Source of the DNA: Stegostoma tigrinum
Lineage: Eukaryota
Length of the DNA: 64,000 nucleotides
Direction of reading: 5' to 3'
Assembly (NCBI RefSeq): GCF_030684315.1
Contig: NC_081397.1
Span: forward strand, 10,006,421 to 10,070,420
Shown: piece after piece, positions 1-12,474 of the stretch
Position numbering within the stretch: the stretch's first letter is position 1
Layout of the letters: each line of letters starts with the position of its first letter
The notes under the pieces: generated by a model
What the model was told of the DNA's origin: nothing
Seen by the model: the letters and a program-made list of their open reading frames with translations, nothing else
Database searches by the model: none
Position numbers and translations under genes: made by a program

Positions 1-145
1 TCATACCTTACAGACAATGTCCCAGACACCACCATCACCATCCCTGGAGATGTCATGTCCCACCAGCAGGACAGACCCTGCAGAGGTGGTGGCACAGTGG
101 TATACAGTCAGGATGGAGTTGCCCCGGGAGTCAACATTTATTTCG
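1..145 (+). mobile_element. LINE (CR1/L2-type) AP-endonuclease fragment
   Basis: Frame 1 reads SYLTDNVPDTTITIPGDVMSHQQDRPCRGGGTVVYSQ, matching the APE N-terminal 'ES.L...IPGY...R.DR..RGGG...Y' motif. Cut by the window edge. Confidence 0.7.
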
Positions 146-149
146 GACA

Positions 150-550
150 ACAGGAGGACATAGTACGCCCTAACACACTGACCACATTCCCTACATCAAG
201 AACATATCAGAACAGACAAGAAGTCTCCTAAGACCACTAGGAATCAGGGGAGAACACAAGCCCACAGCCACTTTACGATAAATACTCACAAGGATGAAAG
301 TCCGCATTCTCACAACATGCAAAACCAATGTGGTCGACAAAATACCAAGCAACAACTGCTGAACCCATTACCTTAGACAGACAGGAAGGAAACTAGCCAT
401 CAGGACACATGAACATCTGCTAGCAGCAAAATGGCACAATAAACTCTTCTTAATATTGGTACACTGACAGTGAAGGCCATCAGTTTAACTGGGACAAGGT
501 AACCATAGTTGTCCAAGCCAAACATAGACACACACGGGAATTCCAAGCAG
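150..550 (+). mobile_element. Penelope-like element (Poseidon-type) GIY-YIG fragment, decayed
   Basis: Frameshifted pieces PYIKNISE, KTNVV.KIP, GQTGRKLAIR.HEH and GHQFNWDKVTIV.QAKHRHTREF. Same family as 30955-31690 and 55950-56780. Confidence 0.75.
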
Positions 551-799
551 CAGTCATTGAATTGAATTGGAAGAGGGAAATGTACACTGAGAGCTAACTG
601 CTATATTGTTCATTTTGTTTCAAGGAGACACCGAAAGTTTGGGCACTGGAACATCAATCTGTTTGTTACCGCATTACAACTGCTTAATGTCTGAGTGTGG
701 TCCCTTCTGGCCTGGGTCTCTGGGGCAAGAAGCCATTCGCTCTGGGTCCAGCATTGTTCATACGAGGAGCATTGTCATTTCCTGTTTCTGTGGTGACTG

Positions 800-1590
800 G
801 AAGTTCGGTGGAGGGACAGGTAATGGTGAGGAAGCAGCGAGGCTGCCGAAGGAATTGAACAGGCTCGGAGAGAGGGCAAAGATATAGCATATGGAATACA
901 ATGGGGAAAAGTGTGAGGTTATGCACTTTGGTGGGAATAGAGGCATCGACCATTTTTCAAAGGGGGAAGTCTTCGGAAATCTAAAGCCTTACTTCAGGAG
1001 TCCTACTTCAGGATTCTCTTAAGGTTAACATGTAAGTTCATTCGGCAGTTCATTTCAAGAGGGCTAGAATACAAGAACAGATGTACTACTGAAGCTGTAT
1101 AAGGCTCTGGTCAGATCGGATTTGGAGTATTGTGAGCAGCTTTGGGCCCTGTATTTCAGGAAGGATGTGCTGGCCTTGGATGGGGGTCCACAGGAGATTT
1201 ACAAGATCCCAGGAATGAAGGGCTTGTCTACTGAGGAGTGGGGAGGACTGTGTGTCTGTGCTCAATGGAGCTTAGAAGGATGAGGGAGAATCCGATTCAA
1301 ACTTACGAATACTGAGAGGCCTGGTTAGAGACCATGACATGAGGGGCACAGCCTTAGCATGAAGGGATGATCTTTTCGAACTGAGATGAGCAGGAACTTC
1401 TTCAGTCAGAGGGTGGCGAATCTGCGGAACTCATTGAATGTCTTTAAGACAGTGATAGATAGGTTCTTGATTGGTAAAGAGATCAAGGCCGAGGGGGAGA
1501 AGGCAGGAGAATGGGGTTCTCGGCCACAATCATATGGCAGAGCGGACTCGATGGGCCAAACAGCCTGATTTTGCTATTATCATATGGGTC
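800..1590 (+). mobile_element. CR1 LINE 3' fragment
   Basis: RT C-terminal motifs (KELNRLGE.AK, MEYN.EKCEVMHFG, LEYC.Q.W.P, RNFFSQRV) followed by a CR1-type 3' tail. Confidence 0.85.
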
Positions 1591-1719
1591 TTACATTGAC
1601 TCTTACTGAGTGACCTGTAATGGATTACACACTTTAGAACCTCAGATAAGAGCTTTCTGTCGCTACTGTCTGTACCACCCACACTAAAATGCGCTCAGGC
1701 TACTGATTGACCAATACAA

Positions 1720-2715
1720 CTTCAGGGCTAGGAGCAGGAGGAGACCATTCAGCCTCTTGGGTGCCTGTGGCCCCATTTGATACGGCACAGCTGATCCTAT
1801 CTTGGCCTCAGATCCAGTTTCCTGCCCCTACTCCCATTCCCCATCATAGATTACAAATCTGTCTGTCTCCTCCTCCAACTTATTCAGTGTCCCAACATTC
1901 CCCACACACTCGGGAACAGCAGTACACACAGCACAGCAAATTCCCCAGATTCACATCCCTCTCTCCCTTGGAGAGAAGCCATTCCTCCTTATCTCTGTTT
2001 TCAATCTGTACCACCACCTTCTCCTGAAATGTTGAACTCTTGTGCTAGATAGTCCCACATGAGCAATCATTCTCTTTCCTTCTCCTTTCCATCTTATATC
2101 CCTCAGTTAGATCTTCTCTCATGCTTCTAAACTCCAGAGATTATTGGCCGAAACTGCTCAATCTCTCCTCATAAGACAAACCCCTTACCTCAGAAAATGA
2201 CATGGACAAAATCGCGTTACATCTAAGTAGTATACTGGATGTAGAACACACATCCCAAAGTGAGCTAGTCACAGTGTCGGAGAGGTCTCCAGTGCCAATA
2301 AAAGGCCCATCGAGCCTGTGCCAGTTAAAAACAACCACGTCACCATTCTCTAATTCCATTTCCCCAGCACTCAGCCCATTGCCTTGGCATCCCAAGTGCA
2401 CATCAAAATCCATCTTCAATGTGATGAGGGTTTCTGCCTCTCCCACCTTCGCAGGTAGCAAGTTCCAGGTTCCCCACCAGCCTCTGGGTGAAAACGTTGT
2501 ACCTCATTGGTCCCTCCATCAAGGAGGAAACGTTTCTTCCTGCTCACCCAATCTATGGTCCCTCATCATTTGATACATCCCAATCGTGTCCAGCATCTCA
2601 ATCTCCTCTGCTCTGACGATAAGAACCCCAGTCTGTCCAATCTCTCTCCATCACTGGCACTCTCCAGTGTCGAAGGCAACATCCTGGCGAATCTGCCTCT
2701 ACACCCTCTCCCCAT
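1720..2715 (-). mobile_element. Two decayed CR1 3' fragments
   Basis: Minus-strand GLSYEERL and CR1 3' tail sequence. Boundaries approximate. Confidence 0.6.
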
Positions 2716-2891
2716 GCATTTAGATACATTATATCAGTAAAGTGTCTTTTCTTTTATTTACAGCTCACTGTGATGTTGCATCAGGCGGGAAACATGTAAG
2801 TTATTTTGCAGTGAAAAAGCTGGCAGTTAATTTTTAACCTGCAAAGTTATGTTTTTAGCAGGTGGTTCATGTAGAGTCACCGTTGTCTCCT

Positions 2892-2892
<1 letters not shown>

Positions 2893-2935
<43 letters not shown>

Positions 2936-3188
2936 CAGAGAGAGGGACAGAGAGAGGGACCGGGAGGGGGACAGGGAGGGGGACCGGGAGGGGGACAGGG
3001 AGGGGGACAGGGAGGGGGACAGGGAGGGGGACAGGGAGGGGGACAGGGAGGGGGACAGGGAGGGGGACAGGGAGAGGGACAGGGAGAGGGACAGGGAGAG
3101 GGACAGGGAGAGGGACAGGGAGAGGGACAGGGAGAGGGACAGAGAGAGGGACAGAGAGAGGGACAGAGAGAGGGACAGAGAGAGGGAC
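2893..3188. repeat. (AG)n microsatellite grading into a 12-bp G-rich minisatellite (GGGACAGGGAGG / GGGACAGGGAGA / GGGACAGAGAGA)
   Basis: Directly visible. About 20 units of the 12-mer follow an (AG)n run. Confidence 0.97.
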
Positions 3189-3354
3189 ACAACAGCAACA
3201 AGTGTTTTACTGTTTAACCTGAGGGTCACCACATCTAAGGCAAAGGGCGACGATCATTCCCAGCAAACTCAACCAGTGCAGAAACTGAACCACACGCTTT
3301 CAGCACGACCAGACAGTCAACTGAGCTAAGGAAGCCCTACACGGCAAAAACACT

Positions 3355-3630
3355 GGGCAGCACGGTGGCTCAGTGGTGAGCACTGCTGCCTCATATTGTG
3401 TGTGTGGTTTCCACCGGGTGCTCCAGTCTTCTCCCATTGTCTAAAGGTGTGCAGGTTCGGTGGATTGGTCATGCTAAATTGCTCAGAGTGTCCAGGGGTG
3501 GGTAGATTAGGGAGATTAACCATGGGAAGTGAACGGGTTCGAGGAGTGGGTCTGTGTGGGATGCTGTTCAGAGGGTTGGTATGCACTCAATGGGCTGAAT
3601 GGCCTACTTCTACAATGGAGGGATTCCACT
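3355..3630 (+). mobile_element. tRNA-derived SINE, HE1-like, internally deleted
   Basis: Head GGGCAGCACGGTGGCTCAGTGGTGAGCACTGCTGCCTCA with A-box TGGCTCAGTGG, core GATTGGTCATGCTAAATTG, CR1-like tail ATGGGCTGAATGGCCT. Partial copies near 16630-17090 and 59535-59740. Confidence 0.75.
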
Positions 3631-3869
3631 GCTGTCGATGTTTGGCTCAATGGTGTGGGGCAAATTATACTGACCTGAACATCGCACTTTGATATGATTC
3701 ATTTTCAATTTCTGAAATAATGGGGAGGCAATATCCTATTCTGTCAGATGGCTGGGATATACTGTGAGGACTTGAATTTAAATCTTGCTGTGGCATGCGG
3801 TGGATTTTGACTTCTACTTTAAACAAAACAGATCTGGAGTTAAGACTCTAATGATGACCATTGTAAGAA

Positions 3870-6800
3870 GCAAAGAACAATCTGGTTCACTGGTGAAGAC
3901 TGACATGAGAAGTTATTTCTTCTCTCAGGGAGATAAGAGACTTTGGAACTCCATGCTACAGGGAGCTGTGTGTATTTGTTGCAGCAGGGGGATGGCAGAT
4001 TTAAGGCTGAGATTGACAGATTCTTGATCAACTGGGAAATCAAAGGGAAGGGCAGGAAAGTGGACATGAGGAATGTTGGATCAGCCACAGTCCTATTGAA
4101 TAGTGGAGCAGGATCGAGGGACCGAATGGCCTACTCCCATTTTTGTCTCTGATGGTTCTTATGGGAGCAAAATCTGCCATTCTCACCTGATCTGCTCTGC
4201 ACGTGATTCCTAACCCTTTGCAAACTCCTCATTGCCTTCAGGCCGAGCACGTCGATCCATTCAAGGATATTTTGAGATTGGCATCCACTTGCCACATCCT
4301 GTTCAGAATACAGAGAAATAACATTCGTCATAATCCGTTTCAACGTTGTTCCAACTGTGTGCTTTTCTAAGAGGAACTGGTCTGTGTAACAACCCCAGAT
4401 GTTCACAGCTCATGCCATACACTCTCAGTGTCTTCCAGATAAAGTTTGTTATTCTCACCATCCACTCCCTCCATATCCCCACGTTCACCAGCCACCCCCT
4501 CCGAATGTCCAGCTTGTAGACTCAACACTGAGATGATTGAAACAGTTTAATGTAGATCAGAGTGACATGATCTGCTTTGGGCGCAAAACCAGGAAACTGG
4601 GTTTTTATCCGCCGGATTGGGATGTGGGGGTGCTCCAAGACCTGGATGTACCTCATGCACCAGTCACTGACAGTGAGCATTACAGGAGCAGCAGATGGTG
4701 AAGAAGGGAAATGGGATGTTGGCCTTCATAGTGAGAAGGTTCCAGTCCAGGAGCAAGGCTGTCTTGCTGCAATTGTACAGGGAGAGACGACTTCTGCTGT
4801 ATTGTGTCTGCAGTCTGGGGTCTCCGTCTCTGTGGAATGATGTACTGGCTATGGAGGGAGTGCAGCTGAAGTTTCCCAAACTGAATCCTGGGATGGCAGG
4901 TCTGATGGGCAAGGAAAGACTAGATTGGTGAGGATTATATTCACTGGAGTTTAGAAGATTGAGGGTCGATCTCATAGAAACCTGTGAAACTTCAATGGGA
5001 CTTAATAGGGGTAAACACAGATATTGCTGATGGCTGGAGTGGGGGCTGAGGGCACGTGAGTCCACACTCAGGGGGTCACAGTCTAAAGGAGATGGGGAAG
5101 GGCTGAGGGTGGGGAGAAATGTCTTCACCTAGAGGGTGGCGAGCCAATGGGATTCCCTGTCACAGAAAGTAGTCGGGACCAGAGCAGCGACTGTTGTTCA
5201 ATTAGTTGCATGGAGTTCTTAGGGGCAAAATGTCTTGTACAGCCACATCATAACATCCCAACTCCTACACTCAGTGTTGGAACTGATGAAGGCAACTGTT
5301 CCAAACTTGCCGTCCGCCTGGGACTCCACTTTATGCAACTATGTGCCTGCACCCTTCGATCCCTCTGTTTGACAACACTCCGCAGGGCCCTACCATTAAC
5401 CTGCCCTGGTTTGCCTCAGCAAAAATGCAACATCTCTATATTTGTCTAAATTAAACTCTACCTGCCAGTCCTCGGCCCATTGGCCCAGTTGATCAAGTTC
5501 CCGTTGTACTCTGAGATAACCACCTTCACTGTCCATGAGGCCACCGATTTTGCTCCTGCTCCTCATTTACTATGTTTCTGTATTGTCCTATTTTCAGGCT
5601 GAGCAAGCAGACCAGCAACCATCCTGCATCACATACACCACCCTGAGGCACACAGATATGCGAGGGGATGAGGAACCAGGTCAAGGTGAAGAGGGAAATG
5701 TTTCTGTCAATCTTCCGCGGACATTGTGAGACAGCACAGAAGAATCCCTTCAATGCCTCACAAATTGATGGATAGTAATTGTTCCTTCCAGCAAATAAGG
5801 GGGAGAAGGAAGAGAGGACAGAGGAGCGTCAGGTTTCTGCAGCTGATAAATGGCTAAGCTTTGTTCCCATTCACTCAGCCGGACATCAACTCCAAACATG
5901 AATTTGCCTTGAGAAGCCATCGGAATAACTGTCTCTCACATAACTCTGAGTGGGCCAATTTCATCTGCTGTAACATGATCTGATCCATGATCGCAGGGGT
6001 TTGACATTTTGTGCTGTCCATTCCGAACTTGAATAACTATTTAATCTCCCAGTTAGTGGGTCAGGACAGATGACATAAAGAACTGAATCTACTCTGCATT
6101 TATTTTTTAAACTGTGGTGAGCTGGAAATAATTCTAGGCAGGATTGTTCTCCAGCCCCATCTACATTACCCTCTAAACTTCATACTTTTCAAATATATAT
6201 CCAGCTCTCTTTTCATACCTCACATGGAATCCACCTCCACCACTCTCCCAGGCAGTGCATTCCAAATCCTAACAATGCTCCGAGTAAAGATGTTTCTCCT
6301 CATCTCACTCCTCGCTGTCTTGGTGACAATATTGAAATTGTGACCCCTGGTTACTGACATAGTGGAAATAGAGTATTGAACTTCACTCTCTCAAAATTCT
6401 TCACAATTGTGAACACCTCCATCAGGTTTCCTTTTAATCTTCTCTGCTCCAAGGGGAATAAGCCTGATATCATTAATCTTTCCTTGTCAGTAAAATCCTG
6501 CTATCATTCTCGTAATCTTCTTTGAACCCTCCCCGGAGGCTTCTTCCTTAAATAAGGTGTCCAGAACTGAACACAAATCTAGTCTGAGCAATGTGGTCTT
6601 AGCAATGATTTGTAGAGGTGTAGCATTACGTCCTTCCTTTGAGACTCAATGCCTCTATCTTTAAATTCAAAGATCCTTTGAACCTGCTTCACAACTGTTT
6701 CAACTTGCCTGGCCACCTTCAAAGATTAATGCATATGAACCCCAAGATCTCTCTGCTCCAATACTCCGCTCAAAGCTGTACCCTTAAGCTTGTATTGTTT

Positions 6801-7000
6801 CTATGTGTCTTTATTCGCAAAATGCACGAGCTCATATTTTTCTGCATTGAAATTTATCTGCCAGGTCTCTGCCCATTTGGCCAACTTGTCAATGTCCCTG
6901 TGAAGTCACTCAGTATCATCCGCACAATTCACTCTTCTCCCTGGCTTAGTATCACCTGCGCATTTAGAGATTTTATCCTCAATACCCAACTGCAAATCAT
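3870..7000. mobile_element. Cluster of decayed CR1 fragments (3870-4170 +, 4540-5230 +, 5230-5540 -, 6170-7000 -)
   Basis: CR1 RT C-terminal motifs: RSYFFSQ, VKKGNGMLAFIVR..VLLQLY, and minus-strand DLQLGIEDKISKCAGDTK (a decayed KFADDTK). Confidence 0.7.
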
Positions 7001-7590
7001 TTCTACAATCAATATATTTATCTACATATACCTGTCCGTTTCTCATATGTAAATGTATGACTGTATTTACCAGCCTGTATCTCTTAGTTTCTGCTCTGAG
7101 AATTGAGAGTGACAACATTAATCTGTATCTGTCAGTTTCTGTTGTGTGAATATGAGTTCCCAGTCTATGCCTCTCCGTTTCTGCCTTGTCAGTGTGTAAA
7201 TGTACTTATCGAAGTACACCTGTCAGTTCCTGCTTGGTGAATGTGTGAGTGCTGTTGCCAACATGTACCTGTGAGATTCTGCTCTGTAAATAGGAGAGTC
7301 TAGTTAACAGACTATACTTGTCAGTTTGTGCTCTGTGAAACTGGGAGTGTAGTTATCATTGCGTATGTCCGTTTTAGCTTTGAGAATGAGGGTGAAGTTA
7401 TTCATCTCTCCCTGACAGTTCCTGCAATGCGAATGCATGACTGACATTAGCAGAAACCAAGAGAGACTGATAACTACAGTCACACCTTTACATTGTAGTC
7501 AATGTGTTGTCATCATTTGTGTGTTTCTGCAATACGAACAAGTGGGTGTAGTTATCAATCTGTACGTGTCAGTTTCTCCTCATGTATCAA
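7000..7590. repeat. Degenerate ~48-bp tandem repeat array
   Basis: Consensus ~TGTGAATATGTGAGTGTAGTTATCAATCTGTACCTGTCAGTTTCTGCTC recurs at a 47-50 bp period. Confidence 0.85.
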
Positions 7591-9538
7591 AATGGCTAAG
7601 TCTCTGAAGGCCAGTATTATTCTCTGTGACTGTACAAATCACTCTGTGATAGTTATTGTTAGGGTGTTGAGGCTGGCTCTGAATCTCTTCTGCATTGTGT
7701 GATTTATGAGTTGAGTGTCAGTCCGTGTGGTAGGTGAGGGGGCGGTGAGGAAGTTCAGGACATGGGGTGACAACAGGAGGGGAACTGCTTTATTCTGAGA
7801 ACCATTCTGACAAATTGTCACATATTTCCTATTTGGTCAGACAGCCTGAGATCTGTGGTATCACTGATTAAACTGCTTGTTTCTCACCAAAAACAGAATC
7901 ACAGATATGGTACAGCATAGGAGCAGACCATTCAGCCCACTGTCTCTGTACTGGGAATTTTTTATGCATCAGTTCCACAGTAATTGTTAGGAATGTGAAC
8001 TTCATCTACTCATTGTCAGCGTCTATTTGTGAAGGCCAATATGACATTAGTTCTGTGGATATCTGGCTTTTCATCACGATCGTGGCAGTTTTGGTATGTT
8101 TCCCACAGTCTCAGGGAGAGTACATGGATCTCATTCTCGTATGTTCAGTTGTGGTTTGTGTCGGAGTAGTAAACTCTGTCAAACTCTTTTCAATTGCACT
8201 GAACTGCATTGCATTTCAGTCTCAGTTTGTTTTTACATTGTGCATGAGGTTGAGTGCGCAGTAGAATCTATCTGTCACTACTGGGCACTGTGATAGTCCA
8301 ATATCCTCAGGTGTAATCAGAGATTTTGAGAGTCAGTTCATATCTGGAAATTACTGAGAGGCCGTACTTCATTCTTTTCCTTTTAGCATCCACTGGCTGT
8401 GTGTGAGTGAGTTTTCCCTCGTGCTGCCAGTCTGTATCTCAGTTCCCGTCTCCTGTCGTGAATGGGAAACCACCGAAGATCTTTAATTGTTGGTGCCTGT
8501 GGGAATCATGTGCAAGTGAAAGGCAACACACTGCTACAGAAGGGACTCTGTGCTGTTCCTCAGATTCAAGACTGGAAACACAATGGGCCTTTGTAACTTG
8601 TATAGTGTAGAGTTGAACGGGGATTAATGATATAAAGTGTTGACTGTCAGAATAACATCCGTTTCTTTTTCAGTGTGTAGTGATATGCTTTTCTGAGTAA
8701 TGCTAAAGTAGCAATCAGTGTAAACTGTGAAAGCCAATGGCAGTGAACAATTCAACTGCATTGCAGCTGCCTGACCACACAGTGTCGCTTGGACAGAAAA
8801 GACAAACGGAGAACTTACTCCCTGATGTAGACAGGACATGACCCTGCTCTGTGCCGTGATGGTGGAAGCAATTACTGGTACTCTTGTGTTGTTCTATGGG
8901 AGGGAAGTGGGAAGGAAAAGGAAGTTTATTTTCTGTCTTGCAGTGCAGCAGATTTAAAGTGTGAAACTCAATTTATTGAACAATCAACACTGTTCAACTC
9001 TGCTTTGAAACAAAAGGAGTGTTTCACAAACCTACCAAGCAAACCAATTTTGTCTATTTTTATTTTGTGCACTGCTTCGAAAGGTAACCACTTGATTAAA
9101 CTGATTTATTGTGAAAATTGTTTTCAGATATCTTGGTATTTCTCTGCAATACATTCTAGGGAGGGCCAGGAGGAATGTCAGGCTCTTTTTGGAAAATTGA
9201 GATTAATTTTGAAAGAGGTACTCGAGGTTTCTTGCTGGGCTGAAAAAGATAAAGCAAATTCTATTCCTGAAAGGTGAAGAAAAGGAGAATGATGTTGCGA
9301 TAAAGGTGGGGATGGCAGCTTCTCTGCTGCTATCATACATTTATGTGAATGAAATGTTGAATGAATGGGATGAGAATTCTCGGTGCAGACTCAATAATGT
9401 GAAGGACTGCAGGCCTCTCTGACAATGGTTCTGTGAGTCGAAATCATTCCAGATGTGACAGTTTCTGTTGCTTGCAATGTATACGGTATTGCATGGCTAT
9501 TATATGTTGGAAAGTGTGTTGGAATGGTATATATATTT

Positions 9539-9543
<5 letters not shown>

Positions 9544-9574
<31 letters not shown>
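9544..9574. repeat. (GA)n microsatellite
   Basis: Directly visible. Confidence 0.95.
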
Positions 9575-9578
<4 letters not shown>

Positions 9579-10057
9579 GGTGCAAGAGAGGGAGTGAGAG
9601 TGTATATTAACAATTCTCTCGTTGTCAGTCTTTTTGTGACTATTGTGACAAATATTCATTAAAATAATAATTCTGTCTGCCTGTTACTGCTAACTGAAAT
9701 GTTTGCTTCAATATCTGTACTCCATATCTACTTCCCATATGGTTGGTCAAACTAACAGTATCATCTATTTGTTCACTTCCCTGTAACACGAAAAGTACAT
9801 TTACTAAATGCAGATTTCATGCTGTTCCTGTGTAGATATTTTGGATGAGGATTCAGTCTGTCATTCCTCCAAAGTGAAATTGTTTAGAACTGGGTGGCTG
9901 GAAGTGACAGTACAGATTAAAGATATACACTGGTATTTCCTCAATGGTGTTTGACTCTTGGTTAGAACACATCTCTCTGGAAATTACATTCAATGTGTGA
10001 GATTGAATCTGCTATCACTGTGGCTAGGATATTCTATGCTCTGACAGTGTAACATAC

Positions 10058-10139
10058 CTGGTGGTTGTTGTAAGATGCTGGTCACAATTGGCTTTGTACT
10101 GAGAAAACACTAAATTGTCCTGGTCCTTCAAGTATTGGC
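10058..10139 (-). other. 82-nt exon-like element of the multi-copy spliced unit
   Basis: Minus strand CTTCTTCCTCCAG|GCCAATACTTGAAGGACC...ACCACCAG|GTATGT. Homologous to six other copies. Confidence 0.55.
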
Positions 10140-10529
10140 CTGGAGGAAGAAGGAATACCTCCTGTAAACTAACATCAGTTGAGATTGATCACATTGATAT
10201 TGCCAATGTAACATTCAGTTAATTATTCATTAGGATTGTTTGTTTCGAGCTACTTATTTGAACAGAACCACGGTCTGATTCTACTCCTAGCCTGAGCTGC
10301 TCCTTGTCTATTTTTTTTTCTTAAAATTCGAATACCCGGTTGAGTGAGATCCAAAAGCTAACCAACACTGATACAGCTGCATGAGTGGGGCTACATACTG
10401 CAAGTGGGTATATGGATATGTGAGTTTCGTTATCCATCTATATCTGTCAGCTCCCACTTGTTGAATGCGTGAGTGTCGTTACAAATATGTACCTGTCAGT
10501 ATATGCTCTGTTAATTTTTTTTAATAAAT

Positions 10530-11280
10530 TCAAATGTAGCGAGAGACAGTGAAATGCTCTGTTTACGAGCAGTACAGGCCGATCACAGTCAGCAAGGATG
10601 TACAGAACAAAACAACTCAGAGAGGAATGCAGGTTACATTTCACAGGGTGCGCACTCGGAGATATCAACATTGGCAAGATCATCATTATTTGAGGCTAAA
10701 GAGTCCATTCATCAATTTAATAATGAACAGGAAGAAGCTGCCCCTGAACCTGTTCGGGCTTCTGTATCTTCTGCCTGATTCAAGAGGTTGTAGGAGATTA
10801 TTCATCCCTGGAACATCTATACAACAAAACCACCTACATCAGACTCCTGCTCATTGAACGCGGAGCTGTAGTCAACACTGTTATCCTGTGCAGACTGATC
10901 TCAAAACTCTGTGACCTTGGTCTCGGCTCCACCCACTGCAAATGGATCCTCAAATTTCTAACCCATAGACTGCAATCAGTGAAGACAGACAACTGCATCT
11001 CCTCTACAATAACACACAACACTGGAGGCCACCCGCCAAGGATGCAACCTCAGGCCCCTACTGTACACGCAACACTGTGGGGCCAATTTCCAAATGAACA
11101 CCATCGACAAACTTGATGATGACACGATCATAGTGGGACACATATGGAACAACCAGGAGTCAAAACCCAGAAGGGAGATAGAGGGCTTGATGACATGGTG
11201 CAGTGAAGGCGACCTCTCTCTCAATGTTGGAAAAACTAAAGAACTGACCATTGGCTTCAGAAAGAATGGGGGAGCACCAC
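10530..11280 (+). mobile_element. Rex1/Babar-like non-LTR RT fragment
   Basis: KL.DLGLGS..CKWIL.FLT, PQGC.LRPLL, KLDDDTIIVGHI.NNQES..RREIEGL..WC...LSLNVGKTKEL.IGFRK. Confidence 0.7.
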
Positions 11281-11359
11281 CATCACCGCCGCCCTGCCCC
11301 GCATCCCCCTGCCCCACTCCCCCACCCCCATCCCGCCCCCACCCCACCCCCTGCCCCAC

Positions 11360-12470
11360 CCTCGCTTCCCACAGAATCCTTGGATAAATCCCATCAGGCC
11401 CAGGGGAATTACCTATCTTCACCTTCCTCAAAGTTCTTGGCACATCTTCCTTCCTAATATTGGAAGGCTGGAAGAGGTCAGACTGTTTCATACTGTTAAA
11501 AAAAATCCTTAAGAATCCTCCGATCCTTCAGCCACTTCACTTCAATCAATGACCTCTGATTTTTGAACAGTTTCTCCAAGGGAAACAGGTTCCTCCTGTC
11601 GACTCTGTCTCTTCTTTTCACAGTTTCGTTTTCTTCAATCATGACACCCCTCAGCCTCCTCTATTCCAAGCAATATAACTCCACCCTCTGCAATCTCTCC
11701 TCGGAGCTACAATCTCCAGCCCTGGCAACATTCTGGTAAATCTCCTCTGCATTCCCTCCACAGCAATTACATCCTTCCTGTAATATGGTGACCAGAACTG
11801 CACACAATACTCCAGTTGCAGCCTCACCATTTCCGGATACAGTTTCACAGTTATATCCCTACGTTTGTAGTCCATACCACTGTCAATGAAGGGGAACATT
11901 CTACATGCCTTGTTTATAATTCTAAATGCCCGTACTGCTACCTTCAGGGACCTGTGCGCCTGCACACCAGATCTCTCACTTCATCTACCGTTCTCAATAT
12001 ACTCTCAATTATTTTCAATTCCATTTACTGTTTGAGCTTCCAAAGTGCATTATCTTGCACTTATCAGAGCTGAACTCCATCTGCCACTTTCCTGCCAACT
12101 CCACTAAACTATCTGTACCATTTTGCATCTTACAATTATCCTCTACACTACCCACTACATGGCCAAGTTTGTGTTGTCTGCAAACTTCTCAAATAAGCCC
12201 ACCACATTCAAGTCCAAATCATCAACGCAGAAAACAAACAGCAGGGGTTCCAACACTGAGCCATGCTGAGCACCACTTGAAACAGCTTTCTATTCACAAA
12301 GGCAGCAATCAACCACTACATTTTGTTTCCTGTTACTGAGCCATCTTTGGACACAATTCAACATACTGCCCTGTATCCCAGAGGCTCTTACTTTTTGAAC
12401 CAGTCTACCATGTGGCACTTTGTCAAATACCTTACTAAAATCCATACAGATGGCATCCGATGCACTTCCC
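11360..12470 (-). mobile_element. CR1 LINE RT fragment
   Basis: MDFSKVFDKVPHGRLVQKV, RLQLEYCVQFWSPYYRKDV and SPGPDGIYPRILWEAR in minus-strand ORFs. Confidence 0.9.
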
Positions 12471-12474
12471 TCAC

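Noticed and set aside
2827-3232. Pro/Cys-, Gly/Gln- and Ser/Leu-repeat ORFs
   Set aside because: They are translations of the microsatellite and minisatellite, with no gene context.
3355-3400. tRNA gene
   Set aside because: Only an A-box-like head, with no B-box or cloverleaf, continuing into SINE body.
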